Positions 17,746-27,382 of a DNA stretch of 47,987 nucleotides are shown here, one piece after another. This DNA comes from a virus. The stretch's first letter is position 1. Every line of letters starts with the position of its first letter. Under the pieces are notes generated by a model. The model was not told the origin of the DNA. It searched no databases and was given only the letters and a program-made list of their open reading frames with translations. The position numbers and the translations under genes were made by a program. The stretch is from the IMG/VR virus record IMGVR_UViG_3300038808_000009, positions 1 through 47,987 of that record; one strand, written 5' to 3'.

Positions 17746-19236
17746 ATGCCCACGTTCCGCAACACCGCTGTCGATCCGTCGCAGATCTCCGGCGCCTTCG
17801 ACAGCATCGCGGCGGCCTTCAAGCCGCCGAGCGCGTCCGAGATCCTGGCCGGCGCCAAGGTCGCCGAGACCCGGCAGAAGGTCCAGCAGATCGCGGACCT
17901 CTACGCGCGTGGCCTCGCCAAGACGCCCGAGGAGCAACAGCTTCTCGATCAGCAAGCCAGCATCGCCGGGATCTACAACCCGAGCGCGTCCCTGACGGCC
18001 GTCGACCGGAACAACGCGACGACCCGTTCCACCAACGCGGCCGACAACGCCCGCGCGCTCCAGGTCGCCCGCGAGACCCAGACCGGCGAGACCACGCGCT
18101 CGCTCCTGGCGCCCGTAGGCGAGGGCGCGACCCGCTTCGTGCCGCCGTCCATCGCGAGCGCCTACGGGATCCCCGGGCAGCAGGTTGGCGCCCTCAAGGC
18201 CAGCGAAGGACAGATTGTCCGGGCTCCGGACGGCACGACCCTGGCCGGACCCGAGAAGCCCCTGTCGACCGATCAGCAGAACGCCAAGACGATCTCGGGC
18301 CTGGGGCCGGAGGCGCTTCGGCAGTCGGCGATGGGCTCGCTCCCTATCGAGCAGATTATCGACGCCACGACCGGCAAGCCGAAGTATGTGACCCGGGCCG
18401 ATGCGGTCGGGCAGTCGCCGGTCCCGGACACGACCAAGGCCCAGGTCGGCAACTACAAGCTCCCGGGCGGCGGGACGGGTTCGGCGCGCCTCGATCCGAA
18501 CACCGGGTCGTGGGTCGACACGCAGACCGGACAGCCCTTGCCGACCGGCATCAACATCTTCGGCGCCACGCTCCAGGGCGGGAAGGACGAGACGGGCCTG
18601 GGCGCCGCAGGCGCGAACAGCGTGACCCAGAAGCTCCTCGACATGAAGGCGCTCGGGACGACGCTGGACGCCTACGAGCGGCTGGTGACGGCCGACCCGA
18701 ACGCTATCGGGATCGTCGGCACCGTCCGCGGCGCCGTGCAGGACGTGGGCGCCACGCTCCAGGAAGGGTCGAAGCTCCTGACGCCGCTCCAGCAGCAGTT
18801 CGAGAAGGATATGGCGTCCGGCATCGTCTCCCCGGAGGTCCAGCAGAAGTATCGGGCTCTCATGCCTGCGGACGGGAAGTATAACGACCGTATCCCGCAG
18901 GCCCAGATGCTCCAGTTGCTCCTCGCGTCGCAGTACGCGAAGTTCCTGGACCCGAACGGCCGCATCTCGAACGACCGCCTCGAACAGGTACAGAACTCGC
19001 TCGGCCACGGAAGTATGCTGTCCAACGGCCAGCGCACCAAGGCTACACTGTCGCAGATGCGGGAACAGCTTCGGGCGCAGCAGGAGTACCTTACGCAGTC
19101 GAACCCGGACGCCGCCAAGGCGCTCGGGCTCACGGTCGGCGGGGCTGGCGCGCCGGCCGCCCCGGCTGCTACACCCGCTCCTGCCGCGGCCCCCGGGACG
19201 CGGCGCAAGTTCTCCGCTGATGGGACGCTGCAATGA
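17746..19236 (+). CDS. internal virion protein candidate
   Basis: 496 aa in the ejectosome block. ATGA overlap with the next gene. Confidence 0.5.
   Translation: MPTFRNTAVDPSQISGAFDSIAAAFKPPSASEILAGAKVAETRQKVQQIADLYARGLAKTPEEQQLLDQQASIAGIYNPSASLTAVDRNNATTRSTNAADNARALQVARETQTGETTRSLLAPVGEGATRFVPPSIASAYGIPGQQVGALKASEGQIVRAPDGTTLAGPEKPLSTDQQNAKTISGLGPEALRQSAMGSLPIEQIIDATTGKPKYVTRADAVGQSPVPDTTKAQVGNYKLPGGGTGSARLDPNTGSWVDTQTGQPLPTGINIFGATLQGGKDETGLGAAGANSVTQKLLDMKALGTTLDAYERLVTADPNAIGIVGTVRGAVQDVGATLQEGSKLLTPLQQQFEKDMASGIVSPEVQQKYRALMPADGKYNDRIPQAQMLQLLLASQYAKFLDPNGRISNDRLEQVQNSLGHGSMLSNGQRTKATLSQMREQLRAQQEYLTQSNPDAAKALGLTVGGAGAPAAPAATPAPAAAPGTRRKFSADGTLQ
18208..18220. repeat. perfect GGACA-N3-TGTCC palindrome (GGACAGATTGTCC)
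   Basis: Read directly; codons G-Q-I-V-R. Confidence 0.9.
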
Positions 19237-22200
19237 GCATCGAAGTCGAGGGGCCGGACGGCGCGATCAATGAGTTCCCGGACGGCACCCCCGACGCCGT
19301 GATCCAGAAGGCGCTACGCGGCGTCTACGGGATCCCGGATAAGGCGCCCGCCCAGGCCGCTCCGGCACCGGGCGGGCCTTCGCTCGCCGGCCGGCTCAGC
19401 GACGCCGCCAGCGGGGCCCTGGGCACCGTCGAGAGCGCCCTGGGCATGGGCGCCAAGCCGGTCGCCCCGCCGAGCGTCCAGCAGTCGTCCGACCTCGACG
19501 CCATGATGCGGGGCGGGGCGCCCGCGCCGTCCGAACCGCCGCGGCCCCCGGAGACGATGGGCTCGCGCCTGCTCGATCTCGGCCGCGGCGCGCTCGGCGT
19601 GCTCGATCAGGGCGTGCGCGGCGCGGCCGAAGGGGCGATCAACGTCGCCTCGCTCCCGGCCGACGCCATGGGCGCCATCCTGAACCGCGACCCGGACTAC
19701 ATGCGCCTGCGGGCGGCCCTGACGGGGCGGACCGATCCGGTCGCCCCGTTCAGCAGCGTCGTCAAGGCCGGCGTGAACGAGGCGAACGACCGGACGAGCG
19801 ATCTGGCGAGCGCCCTGTCGCAGGCGGTCGGCGGGCCGCAGATCGACCGTGCCCAGCGGGAGCCGGCGAACATCCTGGAGCGCGGCGCCAATCGGATCGG
19901 CCAGGAGATCGGCGGCGCCGCGATCCCGGCCGGTGCCGGCGTGGCCGCGGCCGGTGCGCTCGGGCGCGAGGGCGTCAAGGAACTGCCGGCGCTCGCGCGC
20001 CTGTTCGCCGAGCCGGCGGCCGTCGACCGTGGCCGCTTCGTCTCCCGGGAACTGACCCAGGGCGCCGCGGCCGGTACGGGCGCTGCGGCCGTCAACGAAC
20101 TCAACCCCGCCCAGGAAGGCTCAGTCGGCCACGCAGCCGGCGACCTCGCGGGCGCCCTGGCCGGCGCAGGATCGCTCGGCGCCGTCAAGGCTGTCGGCGG
20201 CAAGGCCGTGGATGTGGTCAAGGCCGTCACGGGCTCGCCGACCTTCTCCAATCAGATCGTGAAGGACGAGGCGGTCGCCAAGCTCGCCCAGGAGTTCGGC
20301 CTGGAGCCGACGATGGTCGGCAAGACCAACGTGGCCGACGTGTCCCCCATCGTCGACGCGATCAATCGCGGCCGGCGCCCTGGCGAGGTCGTCCCGGGCT
20401 ATCAGGAGACCTTGGCCGACCGGACCTCGAACCCGGGCCTCGCGGCCCTGGAGTACAGCCGCGAGACCGCCGGCTCCGCGCCCCTGCGCCAGCGCACCGA
20501 TGCGAACGCCAAGGCGGTCGACGACGCGCTCCAGGCCGCCGCCCCGCAGGGCAATCCCGGCGCCTTCCGCGGCGCGCTGGAGGACCGCCGCGCCGACGTG
20601 CTCGGTTCGGCCGAGGCGGATCGCGTAGCAGCCCAGGCCCGGTTCGACGAGGCGAACGCAAACCTCCAGGCGCAGATGCACGGCGATGCCCGAGGCTCGG
20701 ATATCCGCAACGCCCTGGAGACCGCGCTCCAGCGGGCCAGGGACGTGGAGGAAGGCGCGTGGCACGGCGTGTCGGCCGGCTCGGCGGACATTCGTCCTCT
20801 CGCGGACGAGTTCTCCCGGATCCGGGCGTCCATGCCGGTCGCGACGCGCGAACTGATGGATCTGATGGACCCGACGCACCTGACGGCCGTGCCGAGCCGC
20901 TTCCTGCCGCCCCCGGCAGAGGCCGCCAAGGCTGGAGCGAGCGCCGCGGCGCGAGGGCCGGCGCCGAGCGCATTGGATGGGCTCGCCCCCGAGGAGCGCG
21001 CCACGGCCGAGCGGCTGTTCCGGGACGCCCCGGCGCCGGCCGCCCCTGCGCCCGCCATGTCGGTCGCGGATCGGATCGCACAGGCGGCCGACGAGGTACC
21101 GAAGGACCCGCGCGCCGGCCTGGGAAAGGCGGTCTGGGATATCCGCGCCAAGATCCCGGACGTCTCGGACGAGGACTTCGCCAATGGCCTTCGCGAACTG
21201 ATGCGCGACAAGCGCGGCATGGTCTCCTCGCTCAGCGATACCAAGTCGATCAAGCCGACCGAGCGCGGGATCGACCTGGGCGGCGGCGAGCAGCACCTTT
21301 GGGTGCCGGGCGACGAGGCGGGGCGCGGCGACTTCGCGTCCTGGCCGAACGGCCGCCCCCAGGCGCCGGCTCCCGCCCCCGAGGCTCCTGCCGCCGGTAC
21401 GGCCGCTCCTGACGCTCCTGCGCCGGCTCCCGAGATCGGTCCCGTCAACGTGCCCATTCGCGAGGCTGTCGCGATCCGGAAGGCCCTGACCGACGCCCAG
21501 CGCGTCGCGGGGACTGCCGGCGAGCACGACCGCGCCCGCGTGATCGGCCAGTATGTCGACGCGATGGACCGCTACTTCGCCGAGCACCACCCGAACGTGG
21601 AAGCCTACGATCAGGCCCGCGCCGTCAGCCGCGACCTGAACGACCGCTTCACCCGGCCCCAGACCGACGTGGCTCAGTCGCTCAACCGCAATCAGGGCAT
21701 GTACTCGATCCCGAACAGCGAAGTCCCTGGACGTTTTGTCCGTCCGGACAACGCCGATCAGGGCGGGATCGAGGCCCTGGTTCGAGAGGCCGGCAACGAT
21801 CCGCGCGCCATGACGGCGCTCCAGGATCAGATCCGGTCGGACGTGAGCGCCCTGCGAAGCCCCGAGGCGGTGGACCGATACGTCCAGCAGCACAGCCGCG
21901 TGTTCGACCGCTTCCCGGATCTCCGCACACAGGTCCAGGACGCGACGGCCGCCGGCCGGGACGCGTCGGCCGCCGCGCGGTCCGAGCGCGAGGTCCAGGG
22001 GCGGCTCGGGACGACCGCGACGCCCGGCTCGTCGCCGGTCGGGAAGTACCTGCGGTTCGGGGACGAGGCGACCGACACGGCGATCAGCGGCGTGCTCTCC
22101 TCGCCGAAGCCGGCAGAGGCCATGGACGAACTGCTCAACTTCGCGGGCAACGCCCCCGAGGCCGTCGAGGGCGCCCGGCGCACCTTCTGGAACTTCGTCG

Positions 22201-22853
22201 AGAAACGGGCCCGTTCCCGAGGCGAGACCACGGGGTCGGTCGTCGAGGGGCAGCAGCCCTGGCAACCCGCGCGCCTCGCCCGGCTCCTGGAGGAGCCCCG
22301 GAACCGGGCCGTGGCCGAGCGCCTGTATCGGGACGATCCCGAGCAGTTGCAGCGGGTCCACGATATCGCCGAGACCCTACGCGGCGTCGACCTCCGGGTG
22401 CGCGGCAGGGCCCGCAACGCCTCCGGCACCGCCCAGGGCGTGCTTTCCTCGACGCTCTCGCCGGAAAGCCTCCAGAGCCGGTTCTACGCCTATCAGCGCG
22501 GTCAGGTCGGCGCGGCCTACCTGGGAACCTCGATCCTCGCCACCATCGCCCGCAAGAGCATCGCCAGGGCGCAGGGCGGTGCTATCGAGCGGCTGGTCGA
22601 CGAGGCCCTGGCGAACCCGGACATGGCCGCAAAGCTCCTGGCCGAGAACAACCCGGCCAACCGAGCGGTGTTCGACCGGGCGACCCGCTCCTATCTGGGC
22701 GACGAGGCGTCCAAGGTCGTCAACGCGCTCGGGAACGACGAGCCCGGCGCGGGCGCGAACGATATCGTCTCGCAAGCCCTGTCCCGTGGCGGGCGCGAGG
22801 CGGTCGATAGGGTCGGACAAACTGTCCGCGGCGCATTCCAGGGGAGGTTCTAG
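19233..22853 (+). CDS. large internal virion/ejection protein (1206 aa)
   Basis: Size and position match T7 gp16-type core proteins. No catalytic motif seen in this ORF. Confidence 0.55.
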   Translation: MSIEVEGPDGAINEFPDGTPDAVIQKALRGVYGIPDKAPAQAAPAPGGPSLAGRLSDAASGALGTVESALGMGAKPVAPPSVQQSSDLDAMMRGGAPAPSEPPRPPETMGSRLLDLGRGALGVLDQGVRGAAEGAINVASLPADAMGAILNRDPDYMRLRAALTGRTDPVAPFSSVVKAGVNEANDRTSDLASALSQAVGGPQIDRAQREPANILERGANRIGQEIGGAAIPAGAGVAAAGALGREGVKELPALARLFAEPAAVDRGRFVSRELTQGAAAGTGAAAVNELNPAQEGSVGHAAGDLAGALAGAGSLGAVKAVGGKAVDVVKAVTGSPTFSNQIVKDEAVAKLAQEFGLEPTMVGKTNVADVSPIVDAINRGRRPGEVVPGYQETLADRTSNPGLAALEYSRETAGSAPLRQRTDANAKAVDDALQAAAPQGNPGAFRGALEDRRADVLGSAEADRVAAQARFDEANANLQAQMHGDARGSDIRNALETALQRARDVEEGAWHGVSAGSADIRPLADEFSRIRASMPVATRELMDLMDPTHLTAVPSRFLPPPAEAAKAGASAAARGPAPSALDGLAPEERATAERLFRDAPAPAAPAPAMSVADRIAQAADEVPKDPRAGLGKAVWDIRAKIPDVSDEDFANGLRELMRDKRGMVSSLSDTKSIKPTERGIDLGGGEQHLWVPGDEAGRGDFASWPNGRPQAPAPAPEAPAAGTAAPDAPAPAPEIGPVNVPIREAVAIRKALTDAQRVAGTAGEHDRARVIGQYVDAMDRYFAEHHPNVEAYDQARAVSRDLNDRFTRPQTDVAQSLNRNQGMYSIPNSEVPGRFVRPDNADQGGIEALVREAGNDPRAMTALQDQIRSDVSALRSPEAVDRYVQQHSRVFDRFPDLRTQVQDATAAGRDASAAARSEREVQGRLGTTATPGSSPVGKYLRFGDEATDTAISGVLSSPKPAEAMDELLNFAGNAPEAVEGARRTFWNFVEKRARSRGETTGSVVEGQQPWQPARLARLLEEPRNRAVAERLYRDDPEQLQRVHDIAETLRGVDLRVRGRARNASGTAQGVLSSTLSPESLQSRFYAYQRGQVGAAYLGTSILATIARKSIARAQGGAIERLVDEALANPDMAAKLLAENNPANRAVFDRATRSYLGDEASKVVNALGNDEPGAGANDIVSQALSRGGREAVDRVGQTVRGAFQGRF
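22815..22827. repeat. perfect GGACA-N3-TGTCC palindrome (GGACAAACTGTCC)
   Basis: Read directly and frame-checked against ...VGQTVRG. Ends 26 nt upstream of the GTG of the transglycosylase gene. Confidence 0.9.
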
Positions 22854-23536
22854 TGAGCATCGCAGATGCGTTCCGCCAGACGGCGGCCCGGATCGGGGCG
22901 ACGCCCCAGGATCTCGCGACCGTGGCGTCCTATGAGAGCGGGGGCACCTTCGCGCCCTCGACCCGGGGCGGCGCCGGCAACCGCTACGTCGGCATGTTCC
23001 AGTTCGGCCCGTGGGAGCAGCAGCACTACGGCGTGACACAGCAGACGCCGGCCGAGCAGCAGATCGCCGCGGCCGGCAAGTTCCTCCAGGACCGCGGCTT
23101 TCGCCCCGGGATGGGGATCCTCGATATGTACTCGGCGATCAACGCCGGCCGGGTCGGGCGCTACAACGCGAGCGACGCAGGCAACGGGGGCGCCCCGGGC
23201 ACCGTCCGAGACAAGGTTGAGAAGCAGATGGGTGGGCACGCCCAGAAGGCCGCCGCGCTCCTGGGCGGGACCTACACGCCGCCGAGCATCGCCCGGACGA
23301 TGGGCGAGGCCGCAACCGGGGCGACCGGGCAGGCGCCGCAGGCCGGGACGAGCCTCGCGGACGCGCTCGGGGCCGGCGTGACCTTGCCGACCTTCGCGCC
23401 TACCGTCATCGTGCCGCCGGCCGGTCCGGACCCGCAGGTAGCGGCTCTCCAGGATCAGCAGCGGCAGGCCCAGGCGCGGCAGGCCGATCAGGACCGGAAG
23501 CAAGCTCTCCTGTCCATCTCGGCCTTCTACCGCTAG
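22853..23536 (+). CDS. virion-associated lytic transglycosylase-like protein
   Basis: SLT-like N-terminus ...LATVASYESGGTF...YVGMFQFGPWE...MYSAINAG. Last gene of the plus-strand structural block; GTG start overlaps the upstream stop. Confidence 0.7.
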   Translation: MSIADAFRQTAARIGATPQDLATVASYESGGTFAPSTRGGAGNRYVGMFQFGPWEQQHYGVTQQTPAEQQIAAAGKFLQDRGFRPGMGILDMYSAINAGRVGRYNASDAGNGGAPGTVRDKVEKQMGGHAQKAAALLGGTYTPPSIARTMGEAATGATGQAPQAGTSLADALGAGVTLPTFAPTVIVPPAGPDPQVAALQDQQRQAQARQADQDRKQALLSISAFYR

Positions 23537-25797
23537 TCCTTGCGATATCTTTTTCCTCTCCAACCGCCGGCAGTGAGGGGCAAGCCGCGTGCCCACTCCG
23601 GTAGCTCACAGATCGCCTTCTCGAACCAATCGAGGTCGCCCCAGCCGGCGGGGACTTCGGCCACGATCTCGTCGTGGACGTGCGCGATCACGGGGTAGCC
23701 GGCGCGCTCGGCGATCTCGATCCCGTTGTCCAGGAGATCGAGCGCGATGGCCTGGACGAAGTTCTCGAACAGCAGGCCGCCGTAGAGGGGGTAGCGGACC
23801 ATCCGCCGGGTCTGACTGTCCACGCCCATGCACGTCACGACCGGGCGCTTCTCGCGAAGCTCCGGCGTGAGGGCTCGATCCGCCCACGGAACCTCGACCT
23901 CGCGGATCTGAGCGCGCTGGTAGGACAGGCACCGACCGGACGGCAGGCGCGCGTAGAGCGTCGTGCCGACCATGCGGTATGTGACCTTGAGCACCGTCAC
24001 CTGGAGCCCCGGCTCCTCGACGGCCGCCTTCGCCCCGTTCTCCAGCGCCTTCCAGGCCGCCACGGTCGCCGGGTGCGCGGCGCGCCAGCCGACCTTAATC
24101 AACTCGGCGCCGATCCACTCCTCGCGGGTCAGGAGCTTCGTCAATAGTTCTCCGCGGGACGAGCATTCCGCGTGGCGCTCGACGGCGCGCTCGCGGCGCT
24201 CCGGGTCGGCCGCCTCCCAAGCCGGGGCGAAGATGGGCCCGAGCTTGAGCGAGTAGTTCCGCGCCATGGACCGGAAGGCGCCGACGCCGCCTTGGTAGCC
24301 CAGGCTCAGTTCCGAGACCTTGCCGACCTGACGCCGGGGATCCTTTTTCGTCAGTTCATCCGTAGTCGTATTGTAGATCCCGGCGGCTGATCGGCGGTAC
24401 ATATCAGGCAACGTCGGGTCGGCGATCAGGTCGAACAGCGCCTTGAGCTTCCACTCCTCGCCGACAAACCACGCCTGTACTGCGCCCTCGATACCGCTAT
24501 AGTCGGCCGCGAGCAGTTCGTGGCATGGGCCCGCCCAGATGAAGCCGCGGATCGCGTCGGACAGGAGCGATAGCGTCCGGCCCAACTCCTCGCCGTACAG
24601 GAACTTGAGCCACGACGGGTCCGCCTGCCGGATCGCCTCGAACAGGATCATCGCGTCCGGGTGCTCGTCGCCGAAGATCTTCCGCGGGCGCGGCATGTTA
24701 TGGACCTGGGCGCCCGTAGAGGAGTAGCGGCCCGTGCCGGCTGCGCGGAACAGGAACGAGTTGCGGATCCTGCTGTCCTCGTCCGCGCGCTTGAGGAACG
24801 ACTTGATCTTCGACACGCTCGTCTTGGCGTACTCCTGCCGGAGCGAGAGCACCTTGCGGACATTCTCGGGGAGATCGTCGCGCTCCAGCATGTCCTCCAT
24901 GTCGGCCTTGGCGAGGCTGTCGAAGTCGACCGGGCTCTCGACGAGGGCGGACACGTTCACGTCGTCACCGAAGAACGCCGACGCGGCCTCGATCAGAGCC
25001 GGGTCCTGTAGCTGCGCCCGGCACCACTTTTTGATCTCGGCGACCTGGGAACAGGACTGGACGGCGCCTCCGGTCGCGGCCCGCAGTTCCTTGTCGAGGA
25101 GCCCCTTGGCGCGGTCGGCCAGGATCAGGGCCGCGCGGGCGCTTTCCGTGTCGATCCGGATACCGCGGGCATTGATGCGCTCGTTCCGAGTATAGGCGGC
25201 CTGACATTCTGTCCGGAGACGGATTACCTTATGGTCGACCCGCTCCTCGACCTCCACGTCGATTGAGCAGTACCGCTGGAACTTCTCAAAGTCCTCCGGA
25301 AAGTCCTCCGGCTCGTTCCAGTAGACGCCGTTCGGATCCTCGCCTTGCTTCACGCGGGGCTTGCGCGGCTTGGAGAACAGGTCGATCAGGCGCTTGCCTT
25401 CCTTGTCCTTCTGGATCGCGAGGTTCAGGAACGAGCCCACATCGTCGAGGGACCGCGGCAGGGAGTTCGCGGCGCTCTGCGCGGCCGTGCAGACGTACTG
25501 CTCGATCCGCGGGAGCGGCCAGCCCTCGCGCTTGTGAAGCTGCTCGAAACACTGGCGCTCGAACGAGGCGTTGAAGGCGCGGATGGTCGCGCCGGCCTCG
25601 ATAGCCTCGCGCAGGCGGGGCGGGCACGGCTCGCCGTAGCGCCACCGCTCAATCGTATAGGGCCCGATCCGGTAGGACGCGCACAGGGCTTTCCAATGCG
25701 GGGAGTTGAAGTAGGGGCCCTGACCGCGCGTTTTCAGGTCTACGTCGCTTCGCGTCTCGAAATCGACGCGGATCTCAAGCGGAGTAGAGTGCATCAT
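23533..25797 (-). CDS. family A DNA polymerase with 3'-5' exonuclease domain
   Basis: Exo I VDFETRS, motif A LLAADYSGIEG, motif B RRQVGKVSELSLGYQGG, motif C HVHDEIV. Start set at the ATGATG at 25797, just before Exo I; the ORF extends to 25866. Confidence 0.92.
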   Translation of the reverse strand: MMHSTPLEIRVDFETRSDVDLKTRGQGPYFNSPHWKALCASYRIGPYTIERWRYGEPCPPRLREAIEAGATIRAFNASFERQCFEQLHKREGWPLPRIEQYVCTAAQSAANSLPRSLDDVGSFLNLAIQKDKEGKRLIDLFSKPRKPRVKQGEDPNGVYWNEPEDFPEDFEKFQRYCSIDVEVEERVDHKVIRLRTECQAAYTRNERINARGIRIDTESARAALILADRAKGLLDKELRAATGGAVQSCSQVAEIKKWCRAQLQDPALIEAASAFFGDDVNVSALVESPVDFDSLAKADMEDMLERDDLPENVRKVLSLRQEYAKTSVSKIKSFLKRADEDSRIRNSFLFRAAGTGRYSSTGAQVHNMPRPRKIFGDEHPDAMILFEAIRQADPSWLKFLYGEELGRTLSLLSDAIRGFIWAGPCHELLAADYSGIEGAVQAWFVGEEWKLKALFDLIADPTLPDMYRRSAAGIYNTTTDELTKKDPRRQVGKVSELSLGYQGGVGAFRSMARNYSLKLGPIFAPAWEAADPERRERAVERHAECSSRGELLTKLLTREEWIGAELIKVGWRAAHPATVAAWKALENGAKAAVEEPGLQVTVLKVTYRMVGTTLYARLPSGRCLSYQRAQIREVEVPWADRALTPELREKRPVVTCMGVDSQTRRMVRYPLYGGLLFENFVQAIALDLLDNGIEIAERAGYPVIAHVHDEIVAEVPAGWGDLDWFEKAICELPEWARGLPLTAGGWRGKRYRKD

Positions 25798-26248
25798 CGG
25801 TGCCGGCCCTGTACTTGACGGTGTTTCGAGCGTTGAGCGCCTTGCTCGCCCAGCGAAGGTTGACACGGCGGTTGTCCAGCGTGTCGCCGTTTCGATGATC
25901 CCCGACCCAGGACGCGTCCGGCGGCTCGCCGCACATCCTGACGAGGATCGCCCGGTGAAGCCATAGGTTGCCGTAGGCTTGCCGGCCGCTCGGCGTCACC
26001 CGCCCGGGGATGGGCACGCTCCGACGGGCGTAGATCCCGTCCGGCCGGCTGATCGTCCAGGTCTCGGGGTCGAAGCTCCCGGATCCGTAGCTGTGGCACC
26101 AGAGCCAGCGCCGGGCCCAGAGGTAGTCCTGCCGATCGAGCAGGCAGTAGCAGTCGATCCGGTCCGAGAGCTGGAGGCAGACCGTCTCGTCGGGCGACGG
26201 ATCAGACGGCCAGAAGCGCGGATCGAAGTCGAGGCCCGGCGAGAGCAT
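25775..26248 (-). CDS. HNH endonuclease (free-standing, homing-type)
   Basis: WLHRAILVRMCG...VGDHRNGDTLDNRRVNLRWASKALN. Overlaps the polymerase start by about 23 nt and shares TGATG with the ASCH gene stop. Confidence 0.8.
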   Translation of the reverse strand: MLSPGLDFDPRFWPSDPSPDETVCLQLSDRIDCYCLLDRQDYLWARRWLWCHSYGSGSFDPETWTISRPDGIYARRSVPIPGRVTPSGRQAYGNLWLHRAILVRMCGEPPDASWVGDHRNGDTLDNRRVNLRWASKALNARNTVKYRAGTDDALYSA

Positions 26249-26541
26249 CAGTCGAACAGGCCTTCGTCAGAGGCCCGAACGTCAATGGCGAACACCTCGA
26301 CCGGGTTGGGGCCGAAGTGCGGGTGTATAATCGTGGCCCTCCGAAAGCCACGCCAGGGTCTTTCCAAGCGACGATGAACGTCGTCGGCACTTGGGTAGCC
26401 AAGGGTCAAGATTATCCCGTCGTAGGTTCGACCTTCAAGACGCTTGCACCAGTACGGCGTAACCAGCCGAAACTCCTCCAGCTTCTCCCCGCTGCGGATA
26501 GCGACGAAGTATTCGGTCTTGAGCGGTAAAATTAGCTTCAC
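26248..26541 (-). CDS. ASCH-domain protein (putative RNA-binding) ending in GLFD
   Basis: VKLILPLKTEYFVAIRSGEKLEEFRL is ASCH-like. GTG 26541 has AGGGGA upstream. Lower GC than its neighbours. Confidence 0.6.
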   Translation of the reverse strand: MKLILPLKTEYFVAIRSGEKLEEFRLVTPYWCKRLEGRTYDGIILTLGYPSADDVHRRLERPWRGFRRATIIHPHFGPNPVEVFAIDVRASDEGLFD

Positions 26542-26551
26542 GGCGGTCCCC

Positions 26552-26851
26552 TTAGTCGAACAGCCCGGTGGCGTCGGCCGGCGCTTCGCCCAGCTCGTCA
26601 TCGTCGAACAGGCCGCCCTTCATGCTGGCCGGCGCCTGGGCGGGCGGCGTGAGCGCGTCCATCATTGCCTCGATCAGGTCCGGCTTGATCGAGATGTGGT
26701 AGTCGCCGCTGTCGCGGAACCGGGTCGATACCTGCCATTGCGGCTCGCTCTCGCCGATCTGGACGCAGAGCATCTTGCGGAGACCCTTCGCCTTGGCGGA
26801 CCGCAGCGCGTCCATCAGGTAGCCCGGGATATCGTCTTCGTGGAGGTCCAT
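26552..26851 (-). CDS. small acidic protein with two GLFD motifs (one internal, one C-terminal)
   Basis: ...SMKGGLFDDDELGEAPADATGLFD-stop. Confidence 0.6.
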   Translation of the reverse strand: MDLHEDDIPGYLMDALRSAKAKGLRKMLCVQIGESEPQWQVSTRFRDSGDYHISIKPDLIEAMMDALTPPAQAPASMKGGLFDDDELGEAPADATGLFD

Positions 26852-26912
26852 GGCGGCGTTCTCTCATTGCGTCAGATGTGGTTGTAGCGGCACCGTAGCG
26901 CCGCCACAAGTC

Positions 26913-27101
26913 TTATCCTTTCGGATGGTCGACCATCATGCTCCGCTGGTGCGGCCGGACCGGATACTCGGGCGGCGCGCCCACGGTGAACAGCCACCAG
27001 AAGAACAGGCCGTAGAGGGCGATCATGCCGAAGATCGCCCAGAGTATCCCGGAGGCGGGCTTAAGCTTCTCGCCGGCCTCCGGGTCGATATCGGTGTTCA
27101 T
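26913..27101 (-). CDS. small membrane protein (62 aa)
   Basis: ILWAIFGMIALYGLFFWWLF TM helix. ATGA overlap with the upstream gene. Confidence 0.5.
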   Translation of the reverse strand: MNTDIDPEAGEKLKPASGILWAIFGMIALYGLFFWWLFTVGAPPEYPVRPHQRSMMVDHPKG

Positions 27102-27382
27102 GCGAACAGGTTATCCATTCCGAGCGCCTGGCAGTACAGTTCCACGATCGCGTGGAACTCCTGCTGTTCGCTGTGGTCTTGCTTCCGCATCTTGAGGATC
27201 GCCCGCAGAGCTTTGGCGTCGAACCCGCGGCCTTTCAGTTCCGCGAATACCTCTTTGATATCCGACGCGATGCCGGCCTTCTCCTCCTCCAGGCGCTCGA
27301 TCCGCTCCAGGAACGAGCGAAGCTCGTCCGCGGCGATCGAGTTGTCCCCGGGCGTGGCGCCCCCGTCAGCCTTGCGTGCCAT
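27098..27382 (-). CDS. gapR: GapR-family (DUF2312) DNA-binding protein
   Basis: LRSFLERIERLEEEKAGIASDIKEVFAELKGRGFDAKALRAILKMRKQD closely follows the GapR/UPF0335 signature. Confidence 0.85.
   Translation of the reverse strand: MARKADGGATPGDNSIAADELRSFLERIERLEEEKAGIASDIKEVFAELKGRGFDAKALRAILKMRKQDHSEQQEFHAIVELYCQALGMDNLFA

Noticed and set aside
16638-18884. 748-aa plus-strand ORF overlapping three annotated genes
   Set aside because: The Arg/Pro/Gly-dominated translation is typical of an off-frame shadow ORF in high-GC DNA. The overlapping frames (16283.., 16909.., 17746..) have normal composition, RBSs and coupled junctions.
20121-22361. 746-aa minus-strand ORF antisense to the 1206-aa internal virion protein gene
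   Set aside because: Same shadow-ORF signature (Arg/Gly/Pro-rich, no RBS, no motifs). The other minus- and plus-frame ORFs in 19697..22429 were rejected for the same reason.
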